This document shows positions 26,360 to 37,344 of a stretch of 64,000 nt of DNA, piece after piece. Source of the DNA: Vicugna vicugna (Eukaryota); contig PNXW01004556.1 in assembly GCA_013265495.1 (NCBI GenBank), forward strand, positions 1-64,000, in the 5' to 3' direction. The notes below the pieces were generated by a model, which did no database searches, was not told where the DNA came from, and worked only from the letters and a program-made list of their open reading frames with translations. Within the stretch, counting starts at the first letter, position 1. Every line of letters starts with the position of its first letter. Position numbers and translations under genes: made by a program.

Positions 26360-26665
26360 TCCAAACTTGCTTGAAGAGAAGACTGACCCAGAATACTTGA
26401 TAAAAACACAGATCACTATCAGACCTACCAAATCAGAATTTTCATGGGAAAATAATACATTTATTTAACAAGCAATTCAAGTGATTCTTACCATCTCAGA
26501 AATTTGGAAAACACTTACCTATTTTAAGCTCCCCAAACTTTAATGTGCGTGCAAATCACCTACAGTCTTATTAAAAGGCAGATCTTAGTTTGGTAGTTCT
26601 GCATCTGAGAACTTACATTCCCAAGTGGCTTCTGGGTGATGCCAATGCTGCTGGTTCAGGGACCA
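26360..26665. mobile_element. MER5-like hAT-Charlie remnants
   Basis: ccaaactt...agacctaccaaatcagaat...tttaacaagc...gtgattct and aatcacct...ttaaaaggcagat...ggtgatgccaatgctgctggttcagggacca. Confidence 0.6.
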
Positions 26666-26714
26666 AGACTAATATTTCTGGCCATAGTTAAAGATAAGAT
26701 GTTTCACAGCTCAT

Positions 26715-28005
26715 TTTTTGATGCATAACACTGATACCAAAATCTGATCAAGACAGGAAAGGAAAAGAGGAAAACATCTATACATCAAGCTTATTTAGGC
26801 AAATAGATGCAAGAGTGTTAAATAAAACATCAACAAGTTGGTTCCAGCAATATATCAAAGGCATGATACAGCCTCTGGCCAAACAGAATTCATGCCAGGA
26901 ATGTTAGGGTGGGTCAGTGTTGGGAAGTCTATTATGCCAATAATTCCACCTAATCCATGTTGCCAATAAATTAGTGAAAAAAATTACACATTCATGTTAG
27001 CAAATCCTGAAAAATGCATTAAAAAGAAAGAAATTACAAGACATGTCAATAAAAACTTCAGGGCAAAATAAAGTAGAAGGAAGACATTTAAACATAAAAG
27101 ACTATTTAGCCAATTTAACAACAAATATTATCCTAAATGGTAAAAAAACAAATTCATCCTTATTAACTTCAGAAACTATGTAGAAATATTTGCTATCACT
27201 ACTTTGAATTTGACTTTGTCATGGAAGGTAAAGGAAATTCAATGAGACAAGAAAATGCTAATGATGTGATTGAAAACTAAGGAAACTCAAGTGAAAAACA
27301 GTAGAATGAATAAGAAATTTGGTAAAATGTCTAGGATACACACACATATACACACACTTGCACAAACTCATACAAACAAATACATATGCACAGAAGTCAA
27401 TAGGTTTTCTTTGATCTAGGGTAAAAAAATATTTCATTTGCAATGGAAATAAAACACATGGAAATACATTTAATCAAAAGACTGTATCTATTTAAACCAA
27501 AATTATAAAATAGTTTTGAAAGGTATAAAACAAGACTTGAAGAAATGGAAAGGGATACCATGTTCTTGGATGAAACAACTTAGTATCAAAAACATCAATT
27601 TTGTCAAAATTAAATAAATTCCAGGCAGTTCCAATTCGAGTATTAATGCAGGTTGTTTTATTTGGAATTCTAAAAACTTGAAATTAAAATATCAAAGTTT
27701 AAATATGACACTGCAAAATAGGCAAGAAAAGCATGAAATGAGCACTCATATGAACTTGTCTTATCAGTATCAGAGTATTTCCTGTATTAGTCAGGAAGCG
27801 CTAGTATATCATGGTGAGTAACAAATTGATCCCAAATCCTAGTGCTTTAGCACAACAAGAACTCATTTCTTGCTTATGCTACATGTCAGTGATGATCTGG
27901 CAGGGGCCTGTGTTATACAGTCGCTCAGGAATTCATGGTGATCAGGACCTGTCCCATTGTTTGGGACTTGGCAGGAGACAACACATGGAGAAGTCTCTCT
28001 TCCTT

Positions 28006-28036
<31 letters not shown>

Positions 28037-29240
28037 TTTCTATGCTTTAGCCTGAAGGTGATGCATATCATTTCCACTAACAATCTATTGGCTGAATTAG
28101 TCACAAGGCTCTGCCTAATTCAAGGAGGCTAGGGAAAGTAGGAGATTATATGAATTATACGTATAGTGTTGCTATAGGAATAGATAAATAGATTAGTGGA
28201 AAAGACCAGAAAATATAAATATTAAATCATATATATTTGAAGATTTATTCTATTATAAGGATAATGGTTTAATTCATTAGAAAAATGGAAAGAGCTGTGA
28301 AAACATGCAAACTATATGAAAAAAGAATTTTACATAGTATAAAATAACAAACCCCAGGTAAATTAAATACTTAAATGTAAGAAAAATGAAACAATAAAAA
28401 GCTGCCAAGAAAATCTAGGAGAGTATGTGGCAAAAGCCAGGATTTGCAGAGGTTCTTTTAAACCAAAACTTAAAAACCCAAAAGCTATTAAAGCAAATAC
28501 AGACTACATAAAAATTATTTATGTTTTTATGGAAAATACACAAAATTCAAGAGATAGATAATAATATTAGAAAAAATATTTGAAATATTCATGACAGGCA
28601 AAGTGCTTATACCTATAACATACAAAAAGCACTTGGAAAAAAATGACCAGAAAACAATCCAACAGAAAAAAGGGCAAGGGATGTGAACAGACAATTTAAA
28701 GAAGAGAAAGTTCACACAGTAAAGAAGTCTTAAAAGAAATTCAGATTCTCTAGTAGTCTGGAAAATAAACATAATGTATGAGCAATGTTATCATATTTTA
28801 CATATTTTAGACTGACAAAACTAAAAAGACCCTTAATATCTATTGCTGTAGACGATGTAGGGTAAAGGATAATTTAATTGTTAGTGAAATGTTAGCACTG
28901 CACCTTTTTAGAAGGCAATCTGGCAACATAAAAGAGAAATATACAACATGTATACATATATGCATTTTAATATAAGTATAATCCACTACCTAGCAAGTCC
29001 ACTTGGAATCTATCCCATTGAAATAAAGCATTGTACTGTGAAGACATAATGTAAAAATATTTATAGCAGCGTTGTCTTTAGTAGTAAAAACTGGAGGCAA
29101 TGTGAATTTTCATATAAATAGGAAAGAGAGGGTATGAATTATGATGCATTCATACCACAAGAATAATATTTAACCATTGAAAAGAATAAGTTAAATCTGT
29201 CTGTTGACTCTGAAGCATCCGAACTATGTTTTGAGTCAGA
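26715..29240 (+). mobile_element. Highly decayed L1M ORF2/3' fragments (interrupted by an MLT1)
   Basis: L1 ORF2-like motifs acactgataccaaaatctga, atagatgcaaga, gaaatggaaagggataccatgttcttggatg. Confidence 0.65.
27783..28145 (-). mobile_element. MLT1-type MaLR LTR remnant containing a (CT)n(CA)n microsatellite
   Basis: tgtattagtcagg...gtaacaaa...cccaaatcctagtgctttagcacaacaaga...ctattggctgaattagtcacaagg; microsatellite at ~28005-28036. Confidence 0.55.
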
Positions 29241-31887
29241 AAAACAAAATTCAGACAATAGTGAAAATTCTGTATTTGTATATGCATGTGTGTGTGTTTG
29301 TGTTTCTGTCTATATAGGATTAAAGGGCCTGGACAAATAAGGAAGAATTTATACTGGGTTGTCAAGAGAATTTACTTTGAGCCCGGTGGGTTTGTGTTGT
29401 GTGTCAAGGAGGAAGCTCGGCAGAAAGGGGAGCCAAGACAAAAAGGATAAAGAAAAAAAATCAACTCTTGGAGGGAAAAAAAGCACATATAGGATCTTAA
29501 TAGAGTTTGCAAAGTTATTCCCCATGTGGGGAAGGAGCGATGCCAGAGAAGGTAACTGCTTAGAGGTGTGAGTGTGCGTGCATGTGCACGTGCACGTGTG
29601 TTTGTGTGAATTAAGGACACCTTTGGCCATGGTAAGGCTGAGGCATTTTTTAAAATGTGAAACTATCATGAATATGCTTTGTTTTTGTGGGGAAAAAATT
29701 AACAAGCCATACATGCTTAGGACACAGCTACCTGCCATGAGGAACCAGGGACAGGAAGGAGCCACCCAGGCCAGCCTCACCTACACTGCAGGGCAGGGGA
29801 TGCAGACCCTGGAAGGCCAGAGTAAGAAATGTAGGTGTTCTGAGTGAGCTGAACCTTATGGGACTTTAAACGGAGTGTCATGATTTAACATATGAAACAC
29901 ATACATGGAAAGCGCTTCTCCCTTATTAGACAGGAGATCAGATGCCTCCCTCCCCTCCTAGCAGGCCTCGTGCCTTTGCTCACCATACTACTGCCTGTTT
30001 TGCGTAGGTAATTGTCTCTTTCCCTGTCAATAGACTGTGCTTGCCTGACTATATCCGCAGCTCAGCAGTATCTGGCTCAAGGTATCAACTTGCCCTACTA
30101 GTGGAAGATAAATAGATCAATCCTTGCTTTTTAGCTTTTATTTAATGTATTTACATTTAGCTTTTGTTATACACTTAGAATTCATTATCTTTCTCCCCTC
30201 TCACACCCCCACCACACCCCAAGCATTGAGTAAATTTCCTCTAAAAAAAGTCAGCCTGCCTCCTGGGCAGGGAGAAAGAGGGAAAGATCGCTTTAAGACA
30301 GCTTGGGAGGAAAAATTATGGTGGGACACAGACATGCACTCACACTCTGTCAGCTCTGTGAGAGGTGGAGGCAGCAATGAGAGATCCAGAGTGAAAAAGA
30401 AGGTGTTCCCTTCCACCTAAAATCTCTCCTTTGCTGCCCTTCTAAAGAAGACACTGTTCTCTTCAAGGCATCGCTGGAGTTTTAAGGTTTAAGCACGGGT
30501 TTAAGGGTGCCTGGAGGACCAGGCAGCGCAAGATGCGGTTCATGCAAACGCTGAAGTTCCAGGCGTCAACAAAACCAGAGTGAACTAGCAGATTCCCTGA
30601 AAGCATCTGGTTTTAGCCCGGCATAAATCCATACATTTCTTAACTTTAAAGCGGTTCCCGCGGGATATTTTGAGCGCTTACCGCAGAGGCACGCAACCAG
30701 GCAGGACTAGGGCGTAAACGCGACTCCCAGGAGAGCTCCGGTTTGCGCAAACCCGAGCTTCCGTGCAGGTCGGTGCTGCCCATCCCAGCCCCCGTCCCAC
30801 AGCTCCGAGTCCCCGCAGTGAAAGGTGGGGGAACCGGCGGACGGCCCCCAAAAAGACTCGGAAGATTCGAGTGTCCATGGAGCCTCATCTCCCAGGCAGT
30901 ATGGTTGGAACGCACTCCGAACCTCTCAGTCCATCTCGGTTTCTGCGAAAGGATTGGCATCTACTGGCGAGCCGTTCCCACCCCTTCCAGTGCCCTGCAC
31001 CAGGCTGGCCGTTTGCAATAGCTTCGGACTGGGAGACGTGGCCTCGAAGCCCGCCAGGGGCGGGTCTCGGGTGGGGAGAGAAGGCGAACAGCCCTGCCCT
31101 CCAGTGCTTATGCAAACCTGACAGAGGATGAGGGGGAGAGGGTCCGGCCCCCGACGCCACCCCAAGACCGGCTCTGGCCGCCAAGCCCGGGAGGCGCAGA
31201 GGCAGAGGCTGCCAGGTCGCCGGGCGGCGAGCGCGAGGCTGCAGCGGATGCTGGCAGAGCGCCCAGAGCCGCTCGTCTGGGAGACACACTGCTTAGTGGG
31301 GAGCTCCGGCTGGTATCCCGTTGCCTCTGCCGGGGCGGGGATTCTCATCTGGTGAGCTCAGCTGGAGCTCTTCATGGAGCGAGGGCTCAAGCCACCGGGG
31401 TGGCTGGAGATGGCCCCAAATCTTAGAACCCATCACTGTTTCCCAGGGGAATCGGCCTGTCAGAGAAAGGAACTAGGTGTGAGTGTTTAGGACTGGAGAA
31501 AGGCTGGGAGCGCAGCGCTGGCGCTTTGCCCGGACACTTGCCAAACTCCCGCCACCAGAGGCAGGGGGCTCTGCAGGGCTATGGCAGCATGCCTGCCTTC
31601 CCCGGAGTGTCCATCACTTCAAGTCTTTCGCAAATCCTTTCTTTCCCCTTGGGTCGTCTGCGGTTCCAGCTGCGGACCCCATCTGGCGCATTCCTTCTGA
31701 GGCGATCTAGCTAGCGCCCCCTTGAGGAGTGCGTGGGGAGTCGGGCTTGCAGACTTCCACAGCAGGTAGCAGCAAAACAGCTCGGTGGTTGCGACGGTGC
31801 AGTGAGACAGTTGTCGACAGATGGTGAAGCCGCCTGTCTGCGCAAGGGGACTGGCGAGTACGCAGCCCAGGTACTACCCATTCCCAG

Positions 31888-31895
31888 TGACGTCT
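31888..31895 (+). promoter_or_regulatory. CRE-like element TGACGTCT
   Basis: 7/8 match to TGACGTCA, 11 bp upstream of the TATA box. A CRE beside the TATA box is a described feature of the NK1 receptor promoter. Confidence 0.8.
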
Positions 31896-31906
31896 CTGCA
31901 GCGGGT

Positions 31907-31912
31907 TATAAG
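31907..31912 (+). promoter_or_regulatory. TATA box (TATAAG); implies a TSS near 31935
   Basis: gggtTATAAGag inside the CpG island, ~650 bp upstream of the TACR1 ATG. Confidence 0.75.
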
Positions 31913-32554
31913 AGTCTCACGCGTAGCCCTGCCAAGGTTCTCCTAACTCCGGAGCTGAGCAGGACGCGAGCCAAGAGGCGCCTGCAAAGCTGCAGAAGGT
32001 GGCGGCGGCGGCGGCAGCGAAAGCAAAGAAAAAAAAATCTCCAGCTGGACGCGGGGCCCCAGAATCCTGGCCACAGACTCAGAACTTTTACAGGTCGTGC
32101 TGTGGCTGATACCCCCACCCCACTTCGCCCCCAAGTCCTCAGCGCAGCACAGGGCTTTATCTTTGCCATTGCAGGCAGGAGGAATAGCAGTTGGCAAGTG
32201 GCAGCAGGTGCAGAAAGGCGGGGGTTCTCCTGCTTCCTGGAACTGTGACCCGTGGAATTTCTTCCTCTTTTCCAGCCCAACGCAGGAGAGACGCTGTCTC
32301 CAGATTTAAGAACTCAAATGCTTCCTGAAGCTTGAAAGTGGGGGAATTCAAAGCCACCGAGGGCATGCCGCACATTTAGAAGCTTTTATTTCAGTGCCAA
32401 TTTCTTACTTGCAAGGAAAGAGTTCTGTCCAGAAACAGCCTACAGCCTCCTGTCTTGGTTAAACAGGACTCTGACCCCAGGCGCTGTCTCAGGACCCTGC
32501 TGCAAAGGATCTGTGTGTATACAGAGAGGAGGGCTTAACCACTTAGTGAAAAAA

Positions 32555-32943
32555 ATGGATAACGTCCTGCCGGTGGACTCAGACCTCTTCCCAAACATCT
32601 CCACCAACATATCGGAGCCCAACCAGTTTGTGCAGCCAGCCTGGCAGATTGTCCTTTGGGCTGCTGCCTACACAGTCATCGTGGTGACTTCCGTGGTGGG
32701 CAACGTGGTGGTGATGTGGATCATCTTGGCCCACAAAAGAATGAGGACAGTTACAAACTATTTCCTGGTGAACCTGGCCTTCGCGGAAGCCTCCATGGCC
32801 GCCTTCAACACCGTGGTGAACTTCACCTATGCTGTCCACAACGAGTGGTACTACGGCCTGTTCTACTGCAAATTCCACAACTTCTTCCCCATTGCTGCTG
32901 TCTTTGCTAGCATTTACTCCATGACGGCTGTGGCCTTGGATAG
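32555..32943 (+). CDS. TACR1: Tachykinin receptor 1 (NK1R, substance P receptor), coding part of exon 1 (residues 1-130, N-terminus to TM3)
   Basis: MDNVLPVDSDLFPNISTNISEPNQFVQPAWQIVLWAAAY...GNVVVMW...HKRMRTVTNYFLVNLAFAEASM...CKFHNFFPIAAVFASIYSMTAVALDR. ATG in good context (aaaATGg). The 389 nt exon ends inside the DRY Arg codon at the donor AG|gtgagc. Confidence 0.99.
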
Positions 32944-35238
32944 GTGAGCTCGCCCTTTATGGAAAGGGAGGAAGTGTCCTTAAAGGAGGATGGCATTACT
33001 GTGGAGCTTCAGGGCTGGCTAGTGCCTGGTTCAAGGTGACGGTCGGCCTCCTGTGCCCCCTGGATTTGTACTGACCGCCCGCTGAGTCCATTGTCACTGA
33101 GGGACTTTATCCTATCTCTCCATTTCCTTTCCTATTCCCCTTTCCTTTTCTTCTCCTTTTCACCCATTTCCAGTCTCCTTTCCTTTATATATACATCCCC
33201 CCTTTTCTTCATTTAACTCTCTTTTTCATCCCCTCTCCCCTCCTCTCCCTGACATTTTCCTTTCAACCCCTTCCTTGCTTCTTTCCATATATACCTTCTC
33301 CCCTTTATCCTCAAAGCCTGAAGGGGATACCCAGGGCGTGGCCAGGGGGCCAGCCCCTGGTTTGGGCTTTGTGACCCTTGCAAGCTGTTCTTCAGCTGTG
33401 CAGTCTCCTGATGCCTTCCAGTTTTGAGTACACCTAGGCAAAATTTGTCACTTTTAAGGGACTTTCTGCTCCTCCCGCAACTCTCCAATAGTATTTGGAT
33501 ATGAAGAGCGTTTCATGAGAATCATAAAATACTAAGGATTCTAATTCAGCTCTAAGCTGCTAGAGGTTCTCATTCAAGAATGAGAGGCAGCTATGCTCTT
33601 CTTAAGGAGCTCCACAGATAGAGATCCTGATTACCTAGTGGTTTTTCTAAATTTCTTTTGCCATATAAGGTCCATGTTTTTAGCGTGTTTGCGTCCACAG
33701 AGAACCTTGCTTGGCAAAGGCAATTAAAGGCAGTTAAAGAGTTCATTCTTTCCTGAAACCAATAGGACAGGCTTTCAGAAGCTGAGTAAAAGTGAAAATG
33801 TTGGCATTTTCAAACACTGGGGCTAGCGTTCTGGAATGAATGTGTCCTCAGGTGGCACTGATCGGAAATTGATGAGTGGAGCACAGCTTTATTTGTATGA
33901 CTGTTTTGTGGGTGTCCTAGGTCACTAATTTGTATATCTATATGTGCACAAATGTTTAAATGTTTACCTGGGATGTGGAGGGATGTTTAAAGCTCCTGCC
34001 ACTGTGATTTTGAAATGAGTCCTTTTGGTAGCCTTGCTGAGATAAATGAATATGAGAAGCCCAAAGAAGGAGCTAAGAGAAAAACTTCAAAACAAACATT
34101 CCCCAGTTAGTGAACTCTTTTACATAAAGATCAATTATGATTTGTGATTGATTTGAGGTCTTTTGAAACTTCTGTAGTCAATGAACACTTTTAAAATCAG
34201 AGAAAACTATGCTTCCTTTGCAATGGTGTCCAAATGCTGTCTTTTCTGTTCCCTCTGTGCAACCCTGATGTACTTAATATGTTGTGTGTAAAACAAGTTG
34301 CAGTGAATCAATTTATATTTTAAATGTAGAAGGGAAATCAATTACTCAGAGGGGTAGTGAAACTTATCTTTTATGTTACTCTGGTTTTTAAATGTTTGGT
34401 TTACTGAAAATGAGTTACACCTGTAAGTCTTCCTGTGTTGACTTGCTCCTTTCACTTCACTGCAGCCCCCTGAAACTTAGAAAATGCATAGCGTGATGTG
34501 TAACGGAATGTATGAGCCGTGAGACCCGGGGCCATTTCAGCCGTACATATGCCGTCTTGGAGATCCCTAAATCAAAGGGAAAGCTGGTACTTTTTACTGC
34601 ACTGGGCACTCGTGTGAGCTCAAGGGAGGCCTGACAGTCAGTGCGAGCCCAGACATAGAGGATGGAGCAGACAGCTCTGTAGCTTTGGCTTCCACAGAAA
34701 TGACATGTTCCACAGCCCTTCTCTTTCCCTTTGTACTTAGAAGGTTAGGAGGATTAGGGTCAGGATTCAGGGTCAAAGTCTTCACAGTGAATTTGGCAGA
34801 TTTCAGCTGCCTTGGGGCATCTCGGGCTCCACTGTTTCTAGGCAAACCATAGACAGGACCCTGACCTTTCATGACACCTGCTTTGTGAGGTCAGTAAGAA
34901 ATGTCACCATGTACCTAGTGTAGTATGCTCAGGGTTAGAGTTCAAGGGGGACTTAGAGATGAGGCCTCAAGGCTGAGTCTCCAAGTCTTAGATGCTCTTT
35001 CTGCTCTTTTCCTTGTTCAGCCTCATGAGCACAGTGAATCAACCCCTTCAGGCCCTCTGATGAATCTAGCTCCACTGCATGCATGGTCATCCATTCTCTC
35101 TGAAGAATGTTCTAGAAAGGAAGAGGACCTTTAGCCTTCTCTCCGTGAATGATCTCTCCTTTCTCCACTGTGGCTATGCAGACTTTGAGGAAATGTTAAA
35201 TATCTTTTTGTATTTTCCTTGAATTTTTAACAGATAAT

Positions 35239-37344
35239 TTTTCTAAATTGCTGTGTAGTCAGTTGACAATGTTGTGTCAATTTCTAGTGTACAGTACAGT
35301 GCTTCAGTCATACATGAATATACATATATTCATTCTCATATTCTTTTTCACCATAAGCCATTACAAGAAATTGAATATAGTTCCCTGTGCTATATACAGT
35401 ATACACTTGTTTATTTATTTTATGTATCTATCGGTCAATATCTGCAAATCTCAGACTTCCAATGTACTCCTTCCCACCCCCTTCCACAGTGGTAACCATA
35501 AGTTTGTTTTCTATGTCTGTGAATCTGTTTCTGTCTTATATATAAGTTCATTTGTCTTTTTTTGTTTGTTTGTTTTAGTTTCTGCATATAAGTGATGTCA
35601 TATGGTATTTTTCTTTCTCTTTCTGGCTTACTTCACTTAGAATGACATTCTCCAGGGACATCCATGTTGCTGCAAATGGCATTGTTTTATTATTTTTATG
35701 GCTGAATAGTATTTTATTGTATAAATATACCATGACTTCTTTATCCAGTTATCTGTCAATGGACATTTAGGTTGTTTCCATGTCTTAGGATATTGTAAAT
35801 AGTGCTGCTGTGAACATTGGGGTGCAGGTGTCTTTTTGAATTAAGGTTCCCTCTGGATATATGCCTAGGAGTGGGATTGCTGGATCATATGGTAAGTCTA
35901 TTTTTAGTTTTTTGAGGAATCTCCATACTGTTTTCCATAATGGCTGCACCAAACTGCCTTCCCACCAGCAGTGTAGGAGGGTTCCCTTTTCTCCACAGCC
36001 TCTCCAGCATTTACTGTTTGTGGACTTTTGAAAGAGGCCATTCTGACTGGTGTGAAGTGATACCTCATTGTAGTTTGGATTTGCATTTCTCGATAATTAA
36101 TGATATTGAGCATTTTTTCACTGGCCATTTTTATGTCTTCCTTGGAGAATTGCTTGTTTAGGTCTTCTGCCCATTTTTGGATTGGGTTGTTCTTTTTTTC
36201 ATATTAAGTCATAGGAGTTGTTTATATATTCTGGAAATTAAGCCCTTGAAGTCTCATCTTTTGCAAATATTTTCTCCCATTCTGATTTTCATATTTGTCA
36301 TAGGAGTTGTTTATATATTCTAGAAATTAAGCCCTTGAAGTCTCATCTTTTGCAAATATTTTCTCCCATTCTGTAGGTTGCCTTTTTGTTTTACTTATGG
36401 TTTCCTTTCCTGTGAAAAGCTTGTGAGTTTAATTAGGTCCCGTTTGTTTATTCTGGCTTTTATTTCTATTGCTTGGGTAGACTGCCCTAGGAGAACATTA
36501 CTGAGACGTATGTGGGATCCTGTTTTGCCTATGTTTTCTTCTAGGAGACTTATTGTGTCTTGTCTTATGTTTAAGTATTTAAACCATTTTGAGTTTATAT
36601 TGTGTATGGTGTGAGGGAGTCATCTAACTTCATTGATTTCCATGCAGCTGTCCAGTTTTTCCCAACACCATTTGCTGAAGACATTGTCTTTATTCCATTG
36701 TATGTTCTTGCCTCCTTTGTCAAAGATTAATTGACCAAAAGTTTGTGGGTTCATTTCTGGGCTCTCTATTCTGTTCCATTGATCCATATGTCTGTTTTTG
36801 TATCAATATCATGCTGTTTTGATTACTGTAGCTCTGTAGTATAGTCTGAAATCTGGGAGGGTTATTCTTCCAGTTTCATTCTTTTTCTTCAGTAATGTTT
36901 TGGCAATTCTGTGTCTTTTGTGATTCCATATAAGTTTTATTATGATTTGTTCTAGTTCTGTGAAATATGTCCTGGGTAATTTGATAGGGATTGCACTGAA
37001 TCTGCAGATTGCCTCTGGCAGTGTGGCCATTTTAACAGTATTGATTTTTCCAATCCAAAAGCATGAGATATCTTTCAATTTCTTTAAAGTCTTCTTTAAT
37101 TCCTTAATCAATGTTTTGTAGTTCTCCATGTAAGTCTTTCCCCTCCTTTGAATAAATCTTTATTCCTAGGTATTTTATTACTTTGAGTGCAATTTTAAAA
37201 GGGATTGTTTCTTTACTTTCATTTCCTATTGATTCATCATTAGCGTAAAGAAATGCAACTGATTTTTGTATGTTAAGTTTGCATCCTGCTACCTTACCAA
37301 ATTCTTTTATTGACTCTAGTAGTTTTTGCGTGGAGCTTTTAGGG
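35239..37344 (-). mobile_element. Young 5'-truncated LINE-1 with a 14-bp target-site duplication
   Basis: TSD ttttaacagataat at 35225-35238 and 37345-37358. ORF2 remnant [38 protein letters not shown]. Same 3'UTR type as 3888-7697. Confidence 0.96.
36196..36373. repeat. Tandem duplication of ~89 bp inside the L1
   Basis: ttttcatatt..gtcataggagttgtttatatattct(g/a)gaaattaagcccttgaagtctcatcttttgcaaatattttctcccattctg occurs twice. Confidence 0.93.

Larger units (their letters stand above)
30640..32080. promoter_or_regulatory. CpG island over the TACR1 promoter and start of the 5'UTR
   Basis: Abrupt rise in GC and CpG density in an AT-rich background; GC boxes (ggggcggg at 31057 and ~31333). Confidence 0.9.

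Noticed and set aside
32340..32350. NF-kB-like ggggaattca in the 5'UTR
   Set aside because: It lacks the terminal CC of the consensus, so it cannot be supported from sequence alone.
30646..32375. Many overlapping ORFs in the CpG island
   Set aside because: No recognisable protein similarity; explained by GC content.
32513..32554. ORF-track N-terminal extension MCIQRGGLNHLVKK of TACR1
   Set aside because: It starts at a GTG in poor context; the canonical protein starts at ATG 32555. The ORF's stop at 32945-32947 is intronic (inside the gtgag donor).
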